Below, in pieces: positions 36,426 to 48,300 of a stretch of 64,000 nt of DNA. The notes under the pieces are model-generated. The model was not told the DNA's origin and ran no database searches. It saw nothing but the letters and a program-made list of their open reading frames with translations. Source of the stretch: Macrostomum lignano (taxonomy: Eukaryota); the NCBI GenBank assembly GCA_002269645.1, contig NIVC01000501.1, positions 124,001-188,000 of the forward strand. The letters are read 5' to 3'. Within the stretch, counting starts at the first letter, position 1, and each line of letters begins with the position of its first letter. The translations under genes were made by a program, and so were the position numbers.

Positions 36426-38866
36426 CTGACAATTTGTGAAATGACACTTTTAAACACTTTCTGCAGCATTAATTTAAGTGTTGGAAGATGTGTCTGAAAA
36501 TATGTTGGCAAAAGTTAATTGTTAAACAACATTTTGCAACATTTTAAGTCTGCAAAATATGGTGTTTTCTTATAATGATAGCCTAGGCCTAATATTGCTT
36601 AAAAAATGGGAAACTGCATTAAATTGATGCATTTTTAATTTTTACTAAATGTGTCTCATGCCTACATGTTTTATAGGCCTAATCAGATACATTATATTTA
36701 AATTAAAGATTTGATATAATGTGACACTCTAAATTAGGTCTATGTCAGAAGTACTGCCATAATTTATACCATTTTTCAGAAAAGATATTGGCCATTGCCC
36801 ATCCTAAAGTGAATTGTCTACATATAAAATTAAAAACTATATTCATATAAAGTTTTGTTTATATCTAAAATCCATAAAATCTAGAATACAAAATCTTTTG
36901 CTAGATTGTCTTTTGCCAATTTGATTGTTGCCAAATTGTCTATTGCTAGATTGTCTTGTTGCCAGATCGACTGGCAGCCCTATAGAATTATTGTAATTTT
37001 TTAGCTAGGCCTATGCTCTGCTCTAAGTGTATTGGTCTATTGTCAAGGTCCTGCTACATTTTAGTTTATAACTTTTGTTTCCATTGTCTGTTTTTAATAA
37101 TGTTAAAGTTAAAATATAAAGAGAGAATTGCTGCTATAAATCTATGCAAAATAATATTATTTGGATCAGCAGAACAAGAAATATAATGAAAAGTAAAATT
37201 ACTTTTTGGATAGCCTTTGTAAATATATTATATATAAACAATAAAATTGTTATAGGCTATGCCCATGAAACATCTTACATTAAGTCTTTAAATAAATTTT
37301 TTGTTTCACTTTTTGTTTCCTAATTAATGTTTCTTCTTAGCTAGCTTGTCCTTTATCTTTTCTAAGTTCCTTTTCTTCACTTGCCAAGATAGCATCTTCT
37401 GTTTGTACTTGCTCATCAAGGCATTATACTTCTGCTCATCAAGGCATTAGACTTCTTTGGCTCTAGTTCTAATAGCCAATTTTTCTTCCAAATTTCTGCT
37501 GACTCCTTATCCTCATCTCTAGCACTGCTTGTGCTGACAGCTTTCTGAGCAGTTTGTTGGGCAATTTGCCAAAAAGCTTGACTTAACAAACAATATACAA
37601 ACCATACAAAATATGATAATAGTTTAACTATATACCATTATTAACAAAAAGAGGCAATTGCAACCAAATACTCGTAATTAGACTGCCAAGCTAGAAAATG
37701 TAGAAGTAAAACTATATAGAATAAAATGCAGAAATGCAAAATCTAAGACCCCTTTGTGTATACCAGAATTTTCTTTTGAAAAGTCCATTTTCCATTGTAT
37801 GTTCTATATGTTTCCATTATGCATATGGCTTAATTTCATTTTATTCTAATAAAACAATATGATAATTGCAAAATTTAGGCTACCTAGTTTGTTGTATACC
37901 ATTTTCATATTCTTGTTGCAAATTATGTACACAAGTAGTTAATGTTATTCCAGTTTACATGTATAATTTAAAAATCTAAAAAGTTTTGATTGCATATCTA
38001 TGTTATAGCCTAAAATTTTATATTTTGTACCATTTTTTACCATCTTTATCATTTTTTACCATTACCATTTACCATTTTTACCATTTTTATATTGTACTAG
38101 TCTTCAAGATAGACTTATAATATATCCCTAAAAGGGTCTTAGGCATGTATAGGCCCAAAGCTATCTTAAAGCTTATTGGTATTAAATTTGGGGATCACAA
38201 AAATAAATGATCTTTTTATTGAAATAAGACTCTAGTCTTTAAAAAAGTATTATGCTAATGACCATGATTAACAAAGTGACCTATGTTTACTAGAATCAAT
38301 TTTTTAAAAGATTACCTAAGAGAAGGTAGGATAATAAAATTCAAAATCTAAAAATGTATATTTAAAAATCTAAACTTAACTAAAAACTGAAAAAAAAACT
38401 GCAATTTATCTTTGGTCCACCAAAATTTATGCTAGCCAGACCAACTTTGTTGGTTACCAGTGCCAAAGGTATATAAAATCCTCCTCCCCAAAAAATGAAG
38501 AGAAAAGGGACAACAAAAGAGCAAGGCAAAGAAAAAACAAATCAAAGATGCATTAGAAAAAATATAAAAGTCAACTGTACTACTGAAGCAAACTAAGTTG
38601 CAAACAACTAGTATAGGTTGGAGAAGTTTTCCAAATATGACCTAGCTTGTAACCCCCAAATGAAAAAACCCCAATACAGCACTAAATTGCTTCCTATAGT
38701 ATTAGTTAGGATTTAAACCTTAAGCAAGGCAAAAATTGCATAAATTAGATTGACCTTGATGACACCTATACTCATACTCGTACTAGGTGAATTGTTTATC
38801 TACAGTCTTAATCTACTGCTTTAGGTTAATGGATGCTTGCTTATAATATTCCAGAGCGCCACTCCA

Positions 38867-41800
38867 ATGGAGCGCATGCAGAACTGCATAACAGATAGTA
38901 ATAGTCCAAATGATGATCATTGGATGACATTAGACGGTCCAGCAATGAGCGGTGGCGGTGTTAAACATGCCGTGCATTGGTTTCGCAGAGATCTTCGACT
39001 ACACGACAATGCCTCATTGTTGGCTGCAGCTCGTCAGGCAGACAGTTTGCGCTGCGTATTCCTGCTAGATTGTCAGCTTGAACGGCATCAGCAGCATCGA
39101 TACCTGGCGGCTAATAAATGGCGCTTCCTGGTTGATTGTCTGCGCGATCTTGACGAGTCGTTGAGACGATTAGGCTCCAGATTATTTGTTGTTCGCGGCC
39201 AACCTTTGGAAGCGTTTAGGCGTCTGCTGCCGCTATGGGGAGCCAGTCATTTGAGCTTTGAAGAGGATTGTACACCTTTGGGTAGGGATAGAGACTCGGC
39301 TGTTACTAAACTGGCGCACGAGTTGGGCGTTACTGTGCTGCGCGGCTGTTCTCAAACTCTTTATAGTCAGCAGGTGCTCATGCAGGTGAGCGGTTGTGCC
39401 ATTCTGATCTGCTTTTTAGGTGCGGAATTTCGAATTTGAAAGAAACAATGAAAGATCCACGATGTTTAGGTTTGAAGGTGAGGGACTGGGGGTTTCGGGA
39501 TTCAAGGTGAGGGACTCGAGTTTTCGGGATTGAAGGTGAGGGACTCGGGGTTTCGGGATTGTAGGTGAGGTACTCGGGTTTCGGGATTGAAGGTGAGGGA
39601 CTCGAGGTTTCGGGATTGAAGGTGAGGTACTCGGGGTTTCGGGATTGAAGGTGAGGGACTCGAGGTTTCGGGATTGAAGGTGAGGTACTCGGGGTTTCGG
39701 GATTGAAGGTGAGGTACTCGGGGTTTCGGGATTGAAGGTGAGGGACTCGGGGTTTCGGGATTGAAGGTGAGGGACTCGAGGTTTCGGGATTGAAGGTGAG
39801 GGACTCGAGGTTTCGGGATTGAAGGTGAGGTACTCGAGGTTTCGGGATTGAAGGTGAGGGACTCGGGGTTTCGGGATTGAAGATGAGGTACTCGAGGTTT
39901 CGGGATTGAAGGTGAGGGACTCGAGGTTTCGGGATTGAAGGTGAGGGACTCGAGGTTTGGGATTGATTGAAGGGGAATCTGAGGTTTGAGAGCTAAGGTG
40001 TGGGACTGAATATCTGGTGCGGGTACTCAAGAGGGTAGACTAAAACCGTCAGGCGAGCTGCTACATTGCCTTACGTTGATACAAGTATAAGCTAAAATAT
40101 GAATAACTATCAGGATATATGATGTAACATATTTCTCCAGCTGTGCTAAACACATTCAGCTTTTATCAAACACCAATATAGCCACCGTTCTGACCTAACA
40201 ACAGGCCTCTGGCGGTGAACTGCCGTTGACTTTTGCTAAATTTCACCGCCTCCTACTGACCGTGGGCCCGCCGCCGGCGCCCTGTCCCAGCCTCCAAGAT
40301 GAAGCTGCTACGCTGCCGCCGCCTCCGCCGCCGCTGACACCTCAGTTGCATCCAGGCTTTCACCGGGGCCTCAGCAACAGCTTTAGTAATAATAATAAAA
40401 CCAGTAGTAGTAGTAACGGCAATACCTGCAATGCCGCTTCATTTATTGACGAAGACGCTTTCAACTTGCCGACGCTAGGCGAATTGGGATTGGACCAAGA
40501 CGAGGCCAATTATCAGCCAACACCTGTGCTAATTAGAGGCGGCGAGACTGAAGCCCTGGCCAGGCTCACTCGCCACATGGAGCGCCGATCCTGGGTGGCC
40601 ACCTACGGTGACAAGCCTCGCTATCAGAGCCAATTATTAATGCCGTCTGGCACTTGCTTATCAAGTCACCTGGCTTTCGGCTGTTTGTCGCCTAAATTAG
40701 TCTACGCCCAATTAACTGATCTTTATCGAAAGATCAAAGGCGGCTCGTCCGCGCAGCCGCCGCCGTTGCACATCTATGGCGAATTATTATGGCGCGAGTA
40801 TCTTTATTTGACCGCGCACGCTAATCCGAATTTTGATCGATTAGAAGGCAATCCAATGTGCTTGCCGATACCCTGGTGTCGGGATCAAGCCGCTTTTGGC
40901 GTCTGGTCAAACGCCCGGACTGGGGTGCCCTGGATTGACGCAATTATGACTCAGATCAGATTGGAAGGCTGGGCACATCCATATTGCCGGTATTCGGCTG
41001 TGGCTTTTTTAACTAGAGGCCATCTGTTTCAGGTTAGTTCTGCCAAATAAGCTGTTGGTATGCGTAATTTCATCTGCTAGAAGCTTATAATCACACCGTA
41101 TCCTACCTTGATATGGGAGCTTAATCCCACACTAGATCCCATCTTGATATGGGAGCTTAATCCCACACTAGATCCCATCTTGATATGGGAGCTTAATCCC
41201 ACACTAGATCCCATCTTGATATGGGAGCTTAATCCCACACTACATATAGATCCCATATTGATATGGGAGCTTAATCCCACACTAGATCCCATCTTGATAT
41301 GGGAGCTTAATCCCACACTAGATCCCATCTTGATATGGGAGCTTAATCCCACACTACATATAGATCCCATATTGATATGGGAGCTTAATCCCACACTAGA
41401 TCCCATCTTGATATGGGAGCTTAATCCCACACTAGATCCCATCTTGATATGGGAGCTTAATCCCACACTAGATCCCATCTTGATATGGGAGCTTAATCCC
41501 ACACTAGATCCCATCTTGATATGGGAGCTTAATCCCACACTACATATAGATCCCATATTGATATGGGAGCTTAATCCCACACTAGATCCCATCTTGATAT
41601 GGGAGCTTAATCCCACACTAGATCCCATCTTGATATGGGAGCTTAATCCCACACTACATATAGATCCCATATTGATATGGGAGCTTAATCCCACACTAGA
41701 TCCCATCTTGATATGGGAGCTTAATCCCACACTAGATCCCATCTTGATATGGGAGCTTAATCCCACACTACATATAGATCCCATATTGATATGGGAGCTT

Positions 41801-43694
41801 AATCCCACACTAGATCCCATCTTGATATGGGAGCTTAATCCCACACTAGATCCCATCTTGATATGGGAGCTTAATCCCACACTACATATAGATCCCATAT
41901 TGATATGGGACCTTAATCCCACACTACATCCCATCTTGATATGGGAGCTTAATCCCACACTTAATCACATATTGATATTGGAGCTTAATCCCACACTAGA
42001 TCCCATCTTGATATGGGAGCTTAATCCCACACTAGATCCCATCTTGATATGGGAGCTTAATCCCACACTAGATCCCATCTTGATATGGGAGCTTAATCCC
42101 ACACTAGATCCCATCTTGATATGGGAGCTTAATCCCACACTACATATAGATCCCATATTGATATGGGAGCTTAATCCCACACTAGATCCCATCTTGATAT
42201 GGGAGCTTAATCCCACCCTACATATAGATCCCATATTGATATGGGAGCTTAATCCCACACTAGATCCCATATTGATATGGTAGCTTAATCCCACACTTAA
42301 TCACATCTTGATATGGAAGCTTAATCCCATATTGTTATACTGAAAAAAATTAAACTTTTCTCCTAGAACTGGGAAGACGGTGCCAAGCTATTTGAGCAGC
42401 TTCTTATTGACGCCGAATGGCCAACTAACAACGGCTTGTGGCTCTGGATGTCTGGCAGCGCTTTCTTTCAGGCATTCGGCTGCGCCTATTCGCCTGTGGT
42501 TGCCGGCCGGAAGCTTGATCCGCAGGTAAGCTTGGTGTGATTTTCATTCATTCAATTTTATCCATTGAAAGCGTTACCGGCGTGACAAAAATCGCTAAAA
42601 TTAAAGTCATTGCAAAAAATCACTGGTGACTCTAGCGACTTTGGGGCGACTCTAATGACTTTTTAATGGCTCAAACGACTGTAATCCAGCGGAGAGACGA
42701 CTGTTCAGTCACGAGCGCATCATTTGACTTGTAGAATCGTAAAATAGCGGCGAAAAGTCGTCCAGGCGCTTAACTTGCTGCTAACTCAAGTAGACTAGAT
42801 AGGGTTGTTATACTAGAAATCAGCGTCCCCGTTGGGGAGCCAACGAGGAATTAAATACATTTTTTAATAAACTACGTACATGTAGCTTATGACTTCATCC
42901 TTGACATCTTAGCCTCCCCTCGCATCAGCCTTGACATCTCAACAATCCCCCCGTACATGTAAGCCTTGACTCTCACATCTGACATGACGCTTTATGTCAC
43001 TTTTTTCAATATGCTTATATCTTTGACATGACGTTTATTTTATTTTTTCGTGACGCTTCTTTCATACGAAACTCGGTGATTCTACAGCAACTCTAGCACG
43101 CCTCAGATACGACTGTACAGCCCCAGAGTCATTGCAGAAGCGCCTTTCAGCGTTGCAGATAAAAAAACGCCTCAAATATTCGGCAAAACTAATCGTGTAT
43201 TTCAGGGCGACTACATCCGTCACTACCTGCCGCAGCTGGCCCGCCTGCCAACCCGCTACCTGCACGAGCCCTGGCTGGCTCCACCGGCTGTACAAGAAGC
43301 CGCCGGCTGCATCATCGGTCGGCACTATCCGGCCCCGATGCTGCCAGATCTCGACGAGGCCGCCGAAAGTTGCGCCAGTCGTCTGCGGGCGGTCTACGCT
43401 GCACTGCTGACTCAGTCGGGGACTCCAACTGCGGCTTCTGCTGCTGCTGCTGCTACTGCTGCTGGCGGTTCCACTCTCGCTTCGATGCAGCCGCCGCCAC
43501 CACCGCCGCCGTTGACTTCGAGGCCGTCGCGACCGCCGTTCTCTCAAGCATCGTCGTCGTCGTCGACATCATCGGCTTTGGCGCCGCCGCATTTGACTAT
43601 GGCGACTGGGGTACAACAGCAGCATCAGCAGCACGCAGAAGACTTCGTGTTGGACATGCTGGCTTCACCAACTATCGATGATTCTATGGCTTAA
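38867..43694 (+). CDS. CRY: Cryptochrome, mammalian-type (type II)-like, divergent, about 664 aa, 4 exons
   Basis: Exons 38867-39385, 40205-41032, 42367-42525, 43206-43694, all GT-AG and phase 0. HWFRRDLRLHDN, GGETEALARLTRHMERRSWVA, LTDLYRKIK, WIDAIMTQIRLEGW, FLTRG, DPQGDYIRHYLP. The start codon is uncertain. Confidence 0.93.
39470..39990. repeat. 29-bp minisatellite (GGGTTTCGGGATTGAAGGTGAGGGACTCG), CRY intron 1
   Basis: Period 29 (39721 and 39750). Confidence 0.95.
41105..42330. repeat. 36/42-bp minisatellite (TTGATATGGGAGCTTAATCCCACACTAGATCCCATC), CRY intron 2
   Basis: 36-bp unit with a periodic CATATA-insert variant. Confidence 0.97.
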
Positions 43695-45378
43695 GACTGG
43701 CTCGTATTGTTTTTTTAATTTGCAAGTTTATTTACTGCGCTTGAATTTGGGACTTTGAATTAACAAAAGTGCAAAGTTATCACTACGGCTTTAATGAATG
43801 CTTAATCTTTAAGAAAATAACCTATTTATAAGTTTTTTGTCAGTCAGTAATTATTTATTGCCAGTACATCTTTTATCCGTCAATTTTAGCTATAGTTATT
43901 CCAACATATTTTTTATGCTACTAGAAGTAATACGGCGGGACGTTTCGTTTCTAAGATAATAAGGCTTTCGTTTATTAAGAAGCCAACAGCGAGACATGGG
44001 GCTTTTAAATATTTTCCAGGAAACAAAACTTTCTTAGCTATATTGACTTTTTTCGATTTTCTACGGCAACTGAAGAATATCAAAGCAAAGCAGTTTTATG
44101 CGATTTAATCCGTCCTAACAATTTTATTTTAAAGTTCTTTTATTTTATTGGCTCTAACAACTGGTTGGTAATGTCAAACTGAAGAAAATATTTATTAATG
44201 CGTTGCTTTTATATATAAGTATCATTTTTGTGCTTTTATTAGTACATTTATTGATACCATCTGTGATATTAATAAACATTAATAACTATATTTTAGGTAT
44301 GTGGGCTGGTTTTGGGGTATTTTTCACTACATTGTCCTTTTCAATTACGCTCTTCCAAGATTCTGATGCGCGTATTTCTTCTTTCATGTTGTTTTTAACT
44401 AAGATACTTCCGAAATCACCTATCCATTCTTTTTTGTTAGTCTTATTCGTTGTATTTTATCATAATTTAAATAAATTCTAATTTTATCTTTTTACCCGGA
44501 TTAGCTTTTTATTTGCGCTTCATGATTTTGGGTGGTTGCTATAACTTTGTAAGTAGTATATTACAACTACAAGATTAGTTTTGTCTGGTTGAATCAGAAC
44601 TACCTGTCAGTCTTACTACATCCCAGAATTATGTTTTGGTGAGTATAGTGTGGCTTGCCTTATGAAAGGTTGGTCGTTTTTTAATTTTAACGTAAGCTTT
44701 TAGCCGTTTTAGAAAATGGAAAAATAAAAATCAAGAAATTAACACACGAAAGAAACTTGAAGACTATCTATTCGTGCAATAGATGGGCTTTTAGCCCCCC
44801 CCCCCTGCCCCTACCCCGATTTTAGTATTACAATCTATCTGTTTGTTTTATTTAGTCTGGCTGAGGGTTTTCGATTTTCTACTTTGACCTTTAATTCACA
44901 CGCCGTCTTATCTTGACTATACATAATATTCCTTCCCTAGTAGGGGGTTGTTGGTCGGTGCGGCTTATCGATTTTTTATTGGTAGGCGCTTAAGACCAAT
45001 CCTTAACTTTCTAACCCCCCTCAAACACGACAGTTACGCCTTATTATTTAGGGGGTAGGTGGGTGGGTCAGGGAGGCAATTATCGATTTTTTGTTTTGTC
45101 GGAAGAACCATTCCACTAAGCTTATCCCCATTTAGTTGTGGACTTGTGGGAGGCTCAGTGGCTGGCTACTTAATTAGTTTACAGTCTCGATTAAATTTAA
45201 CACATCCTCTATAGGGGTGGACGTTTAACTATTTTATCAAATAAAGGGGAATTTTGATGCAGATTATATTTTAGCAATAAGTGTAGATAAGGCTCAAGAC
45301 TAGCTTTTAATAGAAAAACATTTTGTCATTGATTTCAACTTTTCTGAATCCAGCACCAACACTGCAGTAACAGTAATT

Positions 45379-48300
45379 ATGTCTGCTAGTGAACTAATCA
45401 ATAGTCTGCGCAAAGAATTCGAAAATCCTACGGAATGGAAGCGTCGGCAGGCGTTCCTGCAGATGAATTTCAATCAGTTGCCGTTTGACAGGCTGGTCTG
45501 CCTGTCACATTGCTATGTGAATAGTAGTCTGCACGGTGCTGTGTACCCGGAACGAGTGATGGATGAGGCGAGTGTGACATTGGTTTTGCGAATTGCATAT
45601 TTTTATGGTGGCATTTATGGTATTCAGTTCCACTTGTGCACTTGAGTCGCTCTAATTGGTGCACTAGAGTCACTTTAAATGGTGCATTAATAATGGGGGC
45701 ATACAGCTGGGATTGTGGCCCAGTGGTCAGAGCGTCGTACTCACGATTTGAAGGTCGGAGGTTCGATTTCCGATCCCACTGGAACAATTTGTGTCCTTGA
45801 GCAAGACACTTAACTCTGCATTGCTTTCAGTTCACCCAACCATATAACGGGTGCCAGCATTAGCTGGGGTAATTGAGGGTGTGGGCGACACCCCCAGTGC
45901 TTGGAGTGAACAGCCGTACGCAGCCTTCAGATGCGCCACGCAATAGCTGCGGCTGAGCTGTCGGTTGCACATCTGTCCATCTGCCATCAGGACAGGTGTA
46001 CTAATCAATTAATAATGGAGTCTAAATCGCCAAAATCGCCATATAGCGATTAGATAACTCGCATATAAAAGTACATTCTGTTCTCGTTTACAGGTAGAGC
46101 AGTACTCTCGCACTATCGATGTCTACTTAGCTGGGAATGGCGGTGGCGGCGACGGCTCGTCATCTGGCAATGCTCATCATAACAGTGGTAAGCAGCAGCG
46201 CCAGGATCGGCGGGATCAAGCAGATCAACCTGCCTATAAGCGAAGTCGTTATTGAACTGTTTAACTCGATTTTGATATTTAATAGTACATGCTACTGCTT
46301 ACCTTACCTTACATTGCATAGTCTGGAACTTGTTTCATGCCTTTTTAACTTAGTAGGTAAGCGTAGTACGTGTATGCGTTTTCAATTCACTTGCTAAATT
46401 ATTTATAGTTAGTTAAAGGTTATATTACGAGTATTTCCTTTAAACAACAATTTTCGTCTATTGAATAAGAAGTTTTCTATTCAAAAATAAATATAGCAGC
46501 TGTAAAGTTAATTAAGAAAAGTTGAAAGTTACTTATTTCTTGGATTGGATTAACTAATTTAATAGCTTATAAAGGTTAGATAATAGCGTTTTGTTATATA
46601 TATAGCGTAACTATCTAATTTACCTTTTATACTAGAACAGTTCAAGGTGACCCTTGCTTCATCCTGATACCGAATTCATCTAATTATCTACCTAATGCTA
46701 TGACAGGCCAGAAACGCCCTGCTAAAAGCAACGGTAATGAAGAGCCTCCATGGAAGCGACTATGCGAGCCTTCTGCTTCTAAAAGCAGCAGCAACAGCAA
46801 TCGACCCCGACCGCTAGATCTGGATTCGCAACTGCAGGAAGCATCGGCCACTGCGGCCAAGGCTCTGCCGGCTTTGTCCAATTCCGACATCGACGGAGTG
46901 GATCTAAGCGGAGTCAACCTGACCGATTTCTATCTGAGAGAAATTGAAACAGACGACAATTCGGCCAGCGCGGCCAACTATTCTGCCGCTTCTAATCCGG
47001 CCAATGTGCTGAAGTGCTCCGCCGATTTTTGCAGGCGAACTTTGTGCTATGAATTTAAAGAATTAACGCCAGCGTCTGGTACTACTGCTACTACTACTAG
47101 TAGTAACAGCAGGCAGTTTCGATGCACTATTTTATTGGATAATTGGCCCGTTTCGGCTATGTCGGCGGAGACTAAGCAGGCGGCTAAAGCCGGGGCCGGT
47201 GCCGGCCTGCTGGCCGCTCTGCGTCAGCGCTGCTGGACTCTGTTTGTGCGCTCGGATCGGGCCTTCATCAGGGCTCAGGCCGATGCCGGCTTTACTAGGC
47301 CCGACACGGAGTCTGCGGCTGGGAGGACTGCTGCGGCTAATGCTGACGATGGTTGGTTATTCAGACTATTCTTTTCAGTTCTGATCTAATATGCATTCTA
47401 GCGCATTGCTTCACTTATCTAAAATTTAACTAATCTCCCAGATCCTCAGTTGCTGGGCCAGCCTCCCAGATCCTCAGTTGCTGGGCCAGCCTCCCAGATC
47501 CTCAGTTGCTAAGCCAGCCTCCCAGATCCTCAGTTGCTAAGCCAGCCTCCCAGATCCTGAGTTGCTGAGCCAGCCTCCCAGATCCTCAGTTGCTGGGCCA
47601 GCCTCAGATCCTCAGTTGCTAGGCCAGCCTCCCAGAGTGTCAGTTGCTGGGCCAGCCTCCCAGAGTGTCAGTTGCTGGGCCAGCCTCCCAGAGTGTCAGT
47701 TGCTAGGCCAGCCTCCCAGAGTGTCAGTTGCTGGGCCACCCTCCCAGAGTGTCAGTTGCTGGGCCAGCCTCCCAGAGTGTCAGTTGCTGGGCCACCCTCC
47801 CAGAGTGTCAGTTGCTAAGCCAGCCTCCCAGATCCTCAGTTGCTAAGCCAGTCTCCCAGATCCTCAGTTGCTAAGCCAGTCTCCCAGATCCTCAGTTGCT
47901 AAGCCAGCCTCCCAGATCCTCAGTTGCTAAGCCAGCCTCCCAGATCCTCAGTTGCTAAGCCAGCCTCCCAGATCCTCAGTTGCTAAGCCAGCCTCCCAGA
48001 TCCTCAGTTGCTAAGCCAGTCTCCCAGATCCTCAGTTGCTAAGCCAGCCTCCCAGATCCTCAGTTGCTAAGCCAGCCTCCCAGATCCTCAGTTGCTAAGC
48101 CAGCCTCCCAGATCCTCAGTTGCTAAGCCAGCCTCCCAGATCCTCAGTTGCTAAGCCAGCCTCCCAGATCCTCAGTTGCTAAGCCAGCCTCCCAGATCCT
48201 CAGTTTCTAAGCCAGTCTCCCAGATCCTCAGTTGCTAAGCCAGTCTCCCAGATCCTCAGTTGCTAAGCCAGCCTCCCAGATCCTCAGTTGCTAAGCCAGC

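Larger units (their letters stand above)
35656..36517. mobile_element. Outer MITE with about 37-bp TIR (possible TA TSD), host to two nested elements
   Basis: TAACTTTCGCCAACACATTTTCAGACACATCTTCCAA pairs with TTGGAAGATGTGTCTGAAAATATGTTGGCAAAAGTTA. Confidence 0.7.

Noticed and set aside
37300-37580. K/E-rich coding-like remnant on the minus strand
   Set aside because: Stops in all frames and no identifiable homology.
45709-45785. Functional tRNA gene
   Set aside because: A and B boxes are present, but I could not fold a convincing acceptor and anticodon cloverleaf, and it runs directly into a SINE core and tail.
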